From a virus (Duplodnaviria; Caudoviricetes): a DNA stretch of 50,724 nucleotides. Shown here piece by piece: positions 36,504 through 46,028 of the stretch. The position numbers and the translations under genes were made by a program. The stretch's first letter is position 1, and each line of letters begins with the position of its first letter. The notes beneath the pieces are model-generated. The model saw only the letters and a list, made by a program, of their open reading frames with translations, did no database searches and had not been told where the DNA came from. The stretch covers positions 1 to 50,724 of IMG/VR virus record IMGVR_UViG_3300046714_000194; one strand, 5' to 3'.

Positions 36504-37048
36504 TTGGAAAGCTCCTGCACTTGCGCCGTCAGCGCTTCGATCTTGGCGTCAATGGGATCCGTTGACGCGTTCGTCTTCGCCGCTTCGGGTTTCGAGAGCG
36601 CGATCTGCGGTTTGCGCCACTGCAGACACTTGATCGTGATGAGGTAGCCGCCGTTGTCGATCTCGACCGGCTGCAAGACGTCGGTCACGACGCAGGCGCC
36701 AATGTCCAGATCGGCAAGCCATGGGTGGTAGATCGCGAGAGCCTTCGGGCGACGGCCCACCGGGCCCTTCGCCACGAGCGTGCTCCACGACGCCCAATCT
36801 GCCCAATCGTCGGAGGTGTAGAGCCGCAGTTCTATGTCGAACTCGGCGAGCTTCGTACCGAAGAAGACGGGAAAGGAGCCGCTCAGGCCGTAGCCCTGCC
36901 GCTGATCCCACCGACGAGGGCTGCCGGCACCGGTGACCGTTGCAAGGCCCGGCGAGCGCTGCCAGGCCACCTGCTGCCCTTTTGGCGGATCGAACGCGAG
37001 CAGCACAACGTCGATCGGCGTCGTGAGCGGGTCGAACCCCGTGGACAT
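36500..37048 (-). CDS. Tail tube initiator/baseplate protein
   Basis: Position directly after tape measure. Confidence 0.55.
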   Translation of the reverse strand: MSTGFDPLTTPIDVVLLAFDPPKGQQVAWQRSPGLATVTGAGSPRRWDQRQGYGLSGSFPVFFGTKLAEFDIELRLYTSDDWADWASWSTLVAKGPVGRRPKALAIYHPWLADLDIGACVVTDVLQPVEIDNGGYLITIKCLQWRKPQIALSKPEAAKTNASTDPIDAKIEALTAQVQELSK

Positions 37049-39018
37049 TATGCGGCCTCCGGCGAGGGAACGCGTGCGCCGAGGTGCGCTGCGACGCCCA
37101 TAAACGTTTCTTCGAGCTCTTGGCGGAACCCGCGCGCCGCAGCACGCCCCTCGGCCTCGCTGTTCGCGCCATGCACGTGCACATCCCCGAAGTGCACCGA
37201 GCCGCCGGCGCCTGCACCCGTTCGAGCGCCTTGCCGCCCTGGTGCGCTGTCGTCGCCCGCGCGCGCGTACCCGCCGATCCCGGTCCGCACGGGCGCGGTT
37301 GCTTCTTCGACGTCGCGCGCCATGTTGCGCGAGCTCTGCTGCACAAGCAGTCGCGACGAGTCGAACCCGAGCGCCACGCCGGCGCCGGCGAAGAAACCGC
37401 GCTTCGCCATGACGGTGCTAGGAGAGTGGATCCCGAGCGCCTTTTCGAAGCTATCCTTCGCCGTATTGGCGAGCCGCTTCATTGCATCCCACACCTTGGA
37501 TGCACTGTTCGCGATACCAACAACGACCCCTTCGACTAGCGAAGAGCCCAACGACGCCCAATCTTGTGACGAAAACCAGTCGTACGCCTTTGCGGCGAGA
37601 TCGATCACCTTTATGAAAGCGTAGCCGAGCAGCAGCAGCGGCAGCGTCACGCCGAAGACGGCGAGCGCCAACACGCCGAACGCAAACGCAAGCCCGAGTA
37701 CGACGGTTGCGCCTGCAGCAAGCGCAATCCGCGTAGTGTCGATCTTCGCGATCGTCTCCTTCCCGAACGCGTCGCGGATCCAGTTGCGCACCTTCAAGAT
37801 CCCGATCGTCAGGTACAGCGCGGCGATGATCATCCCTTGAAAGAAGCGCTTCACGATGGGGGCGGCACCGGCAGCGCCATCGATTAGCGAAGGAAAGAGC
37901 GCTTCAACGATTGCCTTCAACGCCCGGCCGCTCGCAGTCGACTGCGAAAAGAGATCGGTGATCATCTTCACGCCCGCCGCGAGCTTGTCGATCTTCAGCC
38001 CCGAGAAGAGCATGGCGAAACTCTCGTGCAGCTTCTGCGAGAGCACAGTCAGCGAGAGCATCTGCCGCGCGGCGATCCCGCCGAGACGTGCTTTGACGTC
38101 GTTGGCGAGTGCCTTCACGCTCTGTCCCGTCAGCGCCGCACCGGCAGCCCACCCGGCAAACGCCCGCGCCTGCGTCTCGCCCTGCGTCGCAGCGGTGATC
38201 GACACCCCTTCAAGGGCCGCCTGCAGGTTCCCGCCGCGCAGCCCCATGCGGTAGAGCTCTTCGGCGTATCCCGCCACGGCGTCACGGCCAATCGCAACCG
38301 AGCCGGACACCCGATCGATCTGCTCTTGCAGAAACGAGGCCGTCTTGCCTGCGTCCTTCTGCGTGCCGGCGAACCCGCTCCAGAAGTTGCGAATCTTCGC
38401 CAGCCCTTCGAGCCGCAAGAGCTCCGAGCGCCGCGCGTCGGCTGTGGCGATCCCGTACTTCACGAGCGACGCCGCAGCGGCTGCCGTCGCCACAGCAACC
38501 GCCACGATGGCTGCCACCAACGCGATCGCGCCGGCAGCCATAGCCAGTTGCGCGCCCGTAGCGCTCTTCAGCATCGGGATAAACCGCCCCATCGGCCCGA
38601 GTGCGCCCGTCACATGTTCGCGCAGCGCCTCGATCGCCTGCCCCTTCGGCGCCGCCTTTTGCGCCTCCGAGATCGCCTTGAACGCCGCGCCCAACCCGTG
38701 CAGGCCCCCGTCGGCGGCAATGCTCGACTTCTTTACCCGCTCGAGCGAGGCGCCGAGCTGCAGAAGGCCCGCCTGCGAGCCGGCGATCGTCGCCTTCTGC
38801 GCTGCGATCTTGTCTTTCAGCGACCCGATCGCGCTGTCGGCCGCAACACCGCCGCCTTTGAGGTTTCGCAGCGCGCTCTGCAACCCGCGAAGTGCGCCAA
38901 CGTCCTGTTCGATCTTGCCCTTGAGAGCTTCGAGCGCGGCAGCGCTGGACGCAGCAGGGCCGGACGTCGCGTCTTCGAGCGCGATCCGGAACGTTGCAGA
39001 AGCGTCTTCAGCGGCCAT
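37048..39018 (-). CDS. Tape measure protein
   Basis: Long Ala-rich helical protein with TM segments and LGIHSPS motif. Confidence 0.9.
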   Translation of the reverse strand: MAAEDASATFRIALEDATSGPAASSAAALEALKGKIEQDVGALRGLQSALRNLKGGGVAADSAIGSLKDKIAAQKATIAGSQAGLLQLGASLERVKKSSIAADGGLHGLGAAFKAISEAQKAAPKGQAIEALREHVTGALGPMGRFIPMLKSATGAQLAMAAGAIALVAAIVAVAVATAAAAASLVKYGIATADARRSELLRLEGLAKIRNFWSGFAGTQKDAGKTASFLQEQIDRVSGSVAIGRDAVAGYAEELYRMGLRGGNLQAALEGVSITAATQGETQARAFAGWAAGAALTGQSVKALANDVKARLGGIAARQMLSLTVLSQKLHESFAMLFSGLKIDKLAAGVKMITDLFSQSTASGRALKAIVEALFPSLIDGAAGAAPIVKRFFQGMIIAALYLTIGILKVRNWIRDAFGKETIAKIDTTRIALAAGATVVLGLAFAFGVLALAVFGVTLPLLLLGYAFIKVIDLAAKAYDWFSSQDWASLGSSLVEGVVVGIANSASKVWDAMKRLANTAKDSFEKALGIHSPSTVMAKRGFFAGAGVALGFDSSRLLVQQSSRNMARDVEEATAPVRTGIGGYARAGDDSAPGRQGARTGAGAGGSVHFGDVHVHGANSEAEGRAAARGFRQELEETFMGVAAHLGARVPSPEAA

Positions 39019-39192
39019 CGGACAGAGCCTTCACGATCTGGCGAAGGCAATGCAGGCCTTCCGCAAGTAGGATGGCGCCCGCTAGCTGCTTGGCTTCGGC
39101 GTTGTCGCCCTTTGCCGGCGGCGTGCCGAATGCTGCTAGGAGAAGTTCTGCTGCGGCTCCCGAATGCTCCCGGCCTTCGCTCGCGAGCCGTT

Positions 39193-39627
39193 TTATTTTG
39201 CAGCTTGATCGGACGCCCGCGCACCCGCGAGCAGCACGACGGCGTCGCCCAACCGCGGCAGCGTCGCCGGCAGCCGGTCGAGGATCCGATCGATCGTGGC
39301 GTGATCGGGGTACACGAAGCACGGCCGAACGAGCTTGTCGATCGAGGCCGTGTCGAACTTGGCTTGATCTTGGAAGCGCCGGAAGTTGCCGGAGCTTGCC
39401 CGCTTCACGATGATCGCGCCCATGTCGGTTTCGACGACGGCGATCTCCGAGCCAACAGCGCCGAGCTTGCAGATCGCGTCGGTGATCGCCTCGGCGTCCG
39501 CCGCTTCCCGTTCGAGCTGTTCGATCTCCGCCGTCGATGCGGCTTGCGCCTCGGCGTTGGCGCGTGCGGCCTCGGCTGCGGCCTTGCGAGCGCGCGCCTT
39601 GGCTAGTCTGTCGTCGGTGTCGCTCAT
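39193..39627 (-). CDS. Tail assembly chaperone
   Basis: Between tube and tape measure genes. Confidence 0.7.
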   Translation of the reverse strand: MSDTDDRLAKARARKAAAEAARANAEAQAASTAEIEQLEREAADAEAITDAICKLGAVGSEIAVVETDMGAIIVKRASSGNFRRFQDQAKFDTASIDKLVRPCFVYPDHATIDRILDRLPATLPRLGDAVVLLAGARASDQAAK

Positions 39628-40103
39628 GGGCTACCCTGCGAGTCGTCGAACAGCACCAGGCCGTTGCGACGAATCTTCATCACGCTGATCTCGACTTCAT
39701 CCTGCAGTACCTCGGCGCCCTCTTCGTGAGCGGCGCGGTTGGCGACGAAGCGGCAGCGCTCGAACTCGACCGTCAAAGGGTCTTCGTCGGCCTCGGAGTA
39801 CTGCAGCGTACCGTTGAATTCGATCGTTCCGTAGCTCGTGCCCGATTGCGACAGGTCTGCGAGCTTCTGCCGCAGCGCCTGCACGGTCGTCGACGGGCCT
39901 TTGACCTTGAGGGGGTCGGGTACGTACTTGCCCCTGCTGCGCGCGCGCGGGGCCTGGTGCTTGCCCATGCCGTACGCGAGCACAACTTCCAGCTTGTCGC
40001 CGAAGTCGACCGACGTGAAGCCGGTGTAGCGCTCGCCAGCGACCTTGAAGATCAGAGATCCCCAAGACATCTGATTGCCGTTTACTCGGATCTTGTCGGC
40101 CAT
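39624..40103 (-). CDS. Tail tube protein
   Basis: Follows sheath; NG..SW..G....YG.G..P.ARSRG.Y. Confidence 0.8.
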   Translation of the reverse strand: MADKIRVNGNQMSWGSLIFKVAGERYTGFTSVDFGDKLEVVLAYGMGKHQAPRARSRGKYVPDPLKVKGPSTTVQALRQKLADLSQSGTSYGTIEFNGTLQYSEADEDPLTVEFERCRFVANRAAHEEGAEVLQDEVEISVMKIRRNGLVLFDDSQGSP

Positions 40104-40113
40104 GATCGGCGCC

Positions 40114-41553
40114 TCACACCTTCAGCACTTGCAGGCTCGGGTTGAAGAAGCCGATCGCGATATCGATCTGCTTCGGGTACGCGAGCGGTACGATCCGGGC
40201 CTGGCCGGTGAGCTTCTTCGAAACGAGCAGGTTGTCGGTGCGCGAGAGCTCGAAGTCGACGTCGGACGCCTTCGGCTTCGAGCGCAACACCTCGCGCAGC
40301 ACGGCCTTCGCGCCGCTCTCGATCTCGAGTGCTTCTTCTTCTAGGATGAAGCCGGTGTTCTTGTCGACGAGCAACGGCACGTGCAGGCGCCGCAGGAAGT
40401 AGAGACGGATCGCCTCTTTGGCGATGATCATCACGCGTCGATGTTGGAAGAACTCGAAGTCGGAACCGGCAGCCGAGAGAAGGCGCGGGTTGTTGATGTA
40501 GACGCCCGGGATCCCGTCGACGGTGCGCAGGCACGTCGCGCGAGAGTCGTCGAGCCCGGGATTGACGGCTTCGTCGTGGCAGTCGGGATCGGGGTTGCCG
40601 CCGGCGGTACGAATGTCGACGCCGGGCAAGGTTCCAAGGTTCGTGTCGGCCGTGTCGATCTCTTCCGAGACTGACGCCGCCCTGGTTGCGATCGTCATGC
40701 GCGACGGCCGGCGGTACTGCCGGAACGACACGCCCGAGACCGTCTTCGCGGCGCCGGCGGTAACCATTCCGACCGTCGTTGCGCGAGCCGCGAACACCGC
40801 GTCGAAGGCCGTCTTGTACGCCGCTTCGCTCTCGCCTGCGTTGGGCATGCGGAAGGCGCCGATCCAATCCTTCTCGGGCATGCCTGCGAAGAGCGTACCG
40901 AGCGCATCGAACGCCGTGCCGTCGAGCGGTCCGACGACGTCGCAGATCTCCCACGCAAGCTGCGAGGCGTTCAGCGCAGTGATCGCCGTTCCGAGTTCGG
41001 TGGAGTTCCAATTCGGCGCGTGCGTGCGCACCTTCACGATATCGCCGGCGACGAGCGTGCCTGCAGCGAAGTTGAGCTGCGCGCCGCCGGATCCCGGAAA
41101 CACGAACAGCGCAGCCGTTCCGAGCGCAGTCGTGGCAGAAGGCGTGCGGAAGTTGTCGTAGGAGTATTGAAACGTGATGCCGGTGACGCCGATCGTCCCG
41201 CCTGCGATCACTTTGAAGTACAGATCGTAATCGTCGTTCGGCGTGCCCGTGGCCGTGACGACCGAGGTGCCCGTCTTGCCCGTGCTGTCGACGGCGTCAA
41301 ACGTTGACGCCACCGACGCGCCTGTCTTGACGCACAGCACCGGCAGCTTCGTGATCTCGATGAAGTGGCAGGCTTCTTCGACGAGCGGCCCGCCGACGAA
41401 CGCCGTGATCACGTCCTGCTTGCGGCCGAACGCCGCGGGGCTGTTGACCGTGCCGCCGTCGCTCGGACCTACGATGGCCAGGATCTTCTGACCGCTCGGT
41501 AGCGCGCCGATCTGCCCGTCGAGCTCTGTGATATTGACCGCGGGTAGCGACAT
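40114..41553 (-). CDS. Tail sheath protein (DUF2586-like)
   Basis: LP.V.I..LDG N-terminus; GVY..N..L..GSDF...RR. Confidence 0.85.
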   Translation of the reverse strand: MSLPAVNITELDGQIGALPSGQKILAIVGPSDGGTVNSPAAFGRKQDVITAFVGGPLVEEACHFIEITKLPVLCVKTGASVASTFDAVDSTGKTGTSVVTATGTPNDDYDLYFKVIAGGTIGVTGITFQYSYDNFRTPSATTALGTAALFVFPGSGGAQLNFAAGTLVAGDIVKVRTHAPNWNSTELGTAITALNASQLAWEICDVVGPLDGTAFDALGTLFAGMPEKDWIGAFRMPNAGESEAAYKTAFDAVFAARATTVGMVTAGAAKTVSGVSFRQYRRPSRMTIATRAASVSEEIDTADTNLGTLPGVDIRTAGGNPDPDCHDEAVNPGLDDSRATCLRTVDGIPGVYINNPRLLSAAGSDFEFFQHRRVMIIAKEAIRLYFLRRLHVPLLVDKNTGFILEEEALEIESGAKAVLREVLRSKPKASDVDFELSRTDNLLVSKKLTGQARIVPLAYPKQIDIAIGFFNPSLQVLKV

Positions 41554-41568
41554 GCGTGCGTCTCGTGT

Positions 41569-42168
41569 TCAGGGGTTCGTGATCACAATCGGGGAATCGG
41601 TGACGTCGAGTTCTTCAGGCGTGATCTCCGCCCGTAGAGGTGGATCCACGATCGTGGGTGTCTCGTCGGGGATCATGGCTTGTATAGCGCCCACCAAACG
41701 GATCCCTGCGCCGGCGCGCCGTTCGTTCTTGTCGGTGATCCATCCCTGACTCACGACGCGGATCGTTCCGTGCGCTGCGAGGTATGCCGCCCTCCACCAC
41801 GCGTCGTAGAGCAGGCGCACGATATGGTACTGAGCGCGCTCGTCGTTGCGCTTGCCCGTCGACGCGTCGCTGCTCGTGATGTAGATCGTGAAGAGCTCTT
41901 CGAGCGTCGCGAGCGGCCGGCCCGGGTCAAGCCGGTTGGGGTACTTCGGGGCGTTCAGCACGCCGAGGTTGCCGGTCGGGTCGTCGCCCGGGATCCACAC
42001 GATGCGCGCGCCGACGCCCTGCCGATTACCCTCACGCCACCCGAACGGGTTTGCCTTTTGCGCGAGCGCGTCCGACGGCGTGACGTCGCCGAACGTGCCG
42101 TCGAGCGCGAAGCGCGCAACGCAATCGTCGTGCAGCTTTTCGAGCGCAAGAATGATCGCGTCGGCCAC
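41569..42168 (-). CDS. Tail terminator/neck protein
   Basis: Position upstream of sheath. Confidence 0.55.
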   Translation of the reverse strand: MADAIILALEKLHDDCVARFALDGTFGDVTPSDALAQKANPFGWREGNRQGVGARIVWIPGDDPTGNLGVLNAPKYPNRLDPGRPLATLEELFTIYITSSDASTGKRNDERAQYHIVRLLYDAWWRAAYLAAHGTIRVVSQGWITDKNERRAGAGIRLVGAIQAMIPDETPTIVDPPLRAEITPEELDVTDSPIVITNP

Positions 42169-42169
42169 G

Positions 42170-42571
42170 TCAGGCCCCCGTCACATCGGCGCGTAGGTTC
42201 GCTTCGACGACTTTGCGGATCGCCTCGGTGATCTGCCCGGGGATCTGCGCTGACGGTAGGATCTGCCGGCGGATCTTCCCCTTCACGGCTCCCATGTTGT
42301 GCAGCGCCTCGGGCCCGGTAAGCTTGGCGATCACGACGTTGCCGATCGCGAAAGTCGTGAGGGCGCCGGCGGCGTTCTGCAGCGGGCGCTTCCCTTCCTT
42401 CGTCGGCTTCCACGGCGTGCCGTCGGGCGTTTGCCCTGCGGCGATCGTCTTCGTGCTCTCGACATGCACCGCTCGAGCGACGTCGGGCGCATAACGCTCG
42501 CCGGCGCCCGGCAGCTTCTGCAACCGGCGGATCTGCGCATTGAGCGCGGCGAAGGCGGCGTCGTTGCTCAC
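42170..42571 (-). CDS. Virion morphogenesis protein (Mu gpG/P2 gpS-like)
   Basis: PDGTPWKP..L...HN.G..R.ILP. Confidence 0.8.
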   Translation of the reverse strand: MSNDAAFAALNAQIRRLQKLPGAGERYAPDVARAVHVESTKTIAAGQTPDGTPWKPTKEGKRPLQNAAGALTTFAIGNVVIAKLTGPEALHNMGAVKGKIRRQILPSAQIPGQITEAIRKVVEANLRADVTGA

Positions 42572-43035
42572 GACGCGTCGTCTTCCTGCCCTGCGTCTCG
42601 TTGCAGGTCGAAGCCGTGATAGGGTGACGCCTCCGAGTAACCGAGCGGCGCGCCCTTCGAGATCCCCGACTCCGAGGTGTTCGAACGGAGCGGCAGATCA
42701 AAGAGGCCGTCTTTTGCGTCGGCCGCTTCTTTGATCTCGATCATGGCGTCTTTTTTGCGCCCGATGATCTCGGAAGTCTGCTTGTCGGTTGGATCGATCC
42801 CGCGTTTGAGGTACGCCTCGTACGTTACGAGATCGTTAAGCCAGCCGGTAACGGCCCCGGGATACGGCGAGCCGAACGGTGCGGCGTAACGCTTGGCGAG
42901 ACGCGAGTCGATCCAGTCCGACCAGCGTTGCAGCTGCGCATCGGTCCAACCCGCCTGATCCGTCTCGATCTCGTCGAGATATTCAGGCGGGATCACCGAT
43001 AGCAGCTTGAAAGCTGCAAGTGTGAGGTAGGCCAA
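42568..43035 (-). CDS. Head-tail adaptor (Mu gp36/DUF1320-like)
   Basis: MAYLT...IDSRLAKRY..P. Confidence 0.75.
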   Translation of the reverse strand: MAYLTLAAFKLLSVIPPEYLDEIETDQAGWTDAQLQRWSDWIDSRLAKRYAAPFGSPYPGAVTGWLNDLVTYEAYLKRGIDPTDKQTSEIIGRKKDAMIEIKEAADAKDGLFDLPLRSNTSESGISKGAPLGYSEASPYHGFDLQRDAGQEDDAS

Positions 43036-43047
43036 AACGGCCCCCGA

Positions 43048-44118
43048 TCAGGACGCGCGACCCTTGAAGATCAGGTACGGGTGGCCGTAGGCGCCGAGGT
43101 TGCGGCCCTTGATCGTCCACTGGAACTTCGACGCACGCGCAAGTTGCGCATCCGTCTGCGGGCCGTTGTAGATCACGCTGAACGGCTCGCGGTTGAACCA
43201 GAGGATCGCTCCGAGCTGCGAAGACGCCATCTGCTCGGTAACGATGTAGTAGTCGGTGTCGGATCCGTTCGTGAATCCTGCGCCCAGCTCCGGGCACTCG
43301 ATCGGGAGACCGAGGCCCCACGCACCGATCACCATGCTGATATCGGCCGAGCCAGCACCGCCGGTGCCGCCCTGCGCGATGAACTTCGCTTGCGTCAGCT
43401 GCTGCATGCGCGCAGTCATCGCCGGCGGGTGCAGAATGTAGACGGGCTTCAGGCCGCGGGGATCTTCCCCGTTCGGCATGCGGATCCCGCGAATGTATGC
43501 GATCGCCTTCTGCAGGTTGATCAGCGCCTGATCCAGCGTGACAGCACTCGAGAGATCGAGCGCGCCCGGGTAGGACGCATCTTGCGGATCCGTTGCCGGC
43601 GTCGACGCGGCCGCACCGGTGAAGACGTTGGCGAAGGTGCCGACAGCAGAATCCATCACGTTGATCGGGTGCGTCTTCGAGAAGAAGACCTGCGCGTCGT
43701 ACGACGTGAAGCCCGCCTGATCGCCGTTGCGGATCAGCGCCGCGATCTGCTTCTGCGGCCAGTACGCCGCGTATGCGCCGACCTGCCGAGACCACTCGGA
43801 AGCCTGATCGATGCCGCCACCGTCGAGATCTTCAAGCTCCACCTTGGCGACTTCGAGTCCGCCCGTGGCCGCCTTCCACTCGTACTCGGTCGACGTGCTG
43901 AGTAGCTCGTCGAAGAGCACGTCGCCGCCGAGGCGATCCTGATATTGGATTCCGGCGGTGTCGAGCGTCCAGATCAGCCGCTGCTTGCGCGTCTCGCCGG
44001 TCGGCCGCTGCTTCGCGACCTTGGCGTACCAGAGATCCGCGAGCAGACGCTGGTACTCGGCCTCGGCAATGACCTGCATGCCGGTTTCGAGATTGAAGAG
44101 GAACTGCGGAGTCAGCAT
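43048..44118 (-). CDS. Major capsid protein, Mu gpT-like
   Basis: YDAQVFFSKTHP, LKP.YILHPP; position. Confidence 0.85.
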   Translation of the reverse strand: MLTPQFLFNLETGMQVIAEAEYQRLLADLWYAKVAKQRPTGETRKQRLIWTLDTAGIQYQDRLGGDVLFDELLSTSTEYEWKAATGGLEVAKVELEDLDGGGIDQASEWSRQVGAYAAYWPQKQIAALIRNGDQAGFTSYDAQVFFSKTHPINVMDSAVGTFANVFTGAAASTPATDPQDASYPGALDLSSAVTLDQALINLQKAIAYIRGIRMPNGEDPRGLKPVYILHPPAMTARMQQLTQAKFIAQGGTGGAGSADISMVIGAWGLGLPIECPELGAGFTNGSDTDYYIVTEQMASSQLGAILWFNREPFSVIYNGPQTDAQLARASKFQWTIKGRNLGAYGHPYLIFKGRAS

Positions 44119-44161
44119 TGTGTCGGGCTTTCCTGCGAGTCAGGGAACGGGCGAGCGGGGA

Positions 44162-44611
44162 TCAGAAGTCGAGGCCGGTCAGGTGACCGATCCCGAACTC
44201 GAGAGGCGCCACGAGCACACCGCGGATCGTGTCGATCTTCAGCGCGCGTCCGGCGACGGAAAGAGTGTTGGTGGCGTCGGTGTTCGTGACGGTCTGATCG
44301 TCGAGCAGGTAGCAAAGGCTACCGATGTTCGCGGCGACGACCGGGTTGCCGGCGGCGTCGTTGACGCGCCAGACGCAGTGCAGCTCTTTGAAGAGCTTCA
44401 CGGTGACGGTGCCGCCCGCCGCGGTGTTCTGATCGTCGGCGAAGGTGCCGATCGGGATCAGCGTGGTGGACGCGAACGCCTTCGCGACGAGGCCGGTGGA
44501 CGTGTCGAGGCACGCCGTGCCACCCTTCCAAACCTGCTCAGTCTTGCCCTTGAGCTCGACAGAGCTGATCTTTTCGGTCGTCGTGCGGCGGGATGCAGCA
44601 AGCGCGGTCAT
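44162..44611 (-). CDS. Capsid decoration/cement protein
   Basis: MTAL.A.R...G..CYLLDDQTV..AG pattern of Mu-like head operons. Confidence 0.7.
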   Translation of the reverse strand: MTALAASRRTTTEKISSVELKGKTEQVWKGGTACLDTSTGLVAKAFASTTLIPIGTFADDQNTAAGGTVTVKLFKELHCVWRVNDAAGNPVVAANIGSLCYLLDDQTVTNTDATNTLSVAGRALKIDTIRGVLVAPLEFGIGHLTGLDF

Positions 44612-44612
44612 G

Positions 44613-46028
44613 TCACGCCTTCACTTTCTGCAGGCCGAATTGCTGCACGTTGGTGTTTGGATCCGTCACGCAAACGAGCTCCGTTTTCTTGGCGCCCATG
44701 CGCGCAGCGAGTGGCGAGGCCATGAACTCGGCTCGAGCGCCTTCGCCCTGGTGTGCGCCGAGGGTCGCGTTGACTTCCGGCGTGATCGCCTGCGATCGGA
44801 ACTGCGCCGGCACCGCAGCGACGATGCGCTTGCATGCGTCGAGCGGCAGGCCTTCGAGGCTCTTGAGAAGCGCCTCGGGCAGGTTGGCGTTGGACGCCAT
44901 GAACGTTGCGCGCTCTTCGGCAGCAGCCCGCGCAGCGCCGGCAGCGATCGCGGCTTCGAGCGCCTTGATCCGCGCGTCCGATGCGGCGAGCGACGCGGCA
45001 AGGCTCGACGCAGCCGCAATGGCCTTGTCGTCCTTCTTCTCGTCGTCTTCGGCCTTCGCTGCGGCAGGGGCAGACGCGGCGGGCGCTTCGGCCTTCGAGG
45101 CCTTGTCGTCCTTCTCGTCTTCGTCGCCCTTGTCGTATGCCGCCAGGGCTTTCTTCGCCCGACTCGAAACCTTTGCGTCGTCGGAGTTCGAATCCTTCAC
45201 GAGCGCCGCGCGGGTTGCGTCTTGATCTTTCTTCTCGGGATCCATGCGTGATGCCTCAGCGGAAGTTGCGGCTTGTGCCGTCGGAGCTTGTATAGCGCCC
45301 ACCAACGCGTCGAACGTGCCCACCCGATCGGCGAGCCCGCGCGCAACCGCGTCGGCGCCGACGAGCACGCCAGCCTGCAGCGGCTCGGGATCGAACGCGC
45401 GCCAACCGCGCACCAGTTCGAAGAAGCGCGCAGCCGTCGCGTCGACCGTGCGCTGCGTCTCGGCCAATGCCTCCTCCGACAGCGGCGTGTGTGGGTTGCC
45501 GTACGCCTTCTTCGTGCCGCTCGTGACGAAAGCGAAGTCGGCGCCGGCGGCCTTGTCGGCGCGCGCGACGCTTTGCATCTCGTGGATCACGCCAATGCTG
45601 CCGACGACGGCCGTATCTGAAACCCAGATCTCCGAGCAGGCCGAGGCGAGCGCGTACGCTGCCGAGCACGCCTGGCTTGCTACGAAGACGATCAGGCGCT
45701 TCTTTGCGGCCTCGGCGTCGGCGCGGATCCCGCGGGCGCAGTCGAAACAGCCGGCGACTTCCCCACCGGGCGAATCGATCTGCAGGATCACGCACTCGGC
45801 CTCGGAGGCGAGCGCAGCGCGCACACGCCCGCGGATCGCGTCGTACGTGTCGAACAGGAAGCCCGAGAAGCACAGCGGACCGCACACGCGCACGACGGCT
45901 GCCTTGCCGTCAGCAACCAGGGCGGGGCCCACGTCGGGGCGACCGATCAGAAAGTCGAGGCCGAACGCTTTCGGGTCGAGCGCGAGCGGCCCGTTCGGAG
46001 CAAAGCGGGCGGTTTCATGCTGCGCCAT
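44613..46028 (-). CDS. S49 prohead protease with C-terminal scaffold
   Basis: IDSPGG, ACSAAYALA and GSIGV motifs; low-complexity tail. Confidence 0.9.
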   Translation of the reverse strand: MAQHETARFAPNGPLALDPKAFGLDFLIGRPDVGPALVADGKAAVVRVCGPLCFSGFLFDTYDAIRGRVRAALASEAECVILQIDSPGGEVAGCFDCARGIRADAEAAKKRLIVFVASQACSAAYALASACSEIWVSDTAVVGSIGVIHEMQSVARADKAAGADFAFVTSGTKKAYGNPHTPLSEEALAETQRTVDATAARFFELVRGWRAFDPEPLQAGVLVGADAVARGLADRVGTFDALVGAIQAPTAQAATSAEASRMDPEKKDQDATRAALVKDSNSDDAKVSSRAKKALAAYDKGDEDEKDDKASKAEAPAASAPAAAKAEDDEKKDDKAIAAASSLAASLAASDARIKALEAAIAAGAARAAAEERATFMASNANLPEALLKSLEGLPLDACKRIVAAVPAQFRSQAITPEVNATLGAHQGEGARAEFMASPLAARMGAKKTELVCVTDPNTNVQQFGLQKVKA

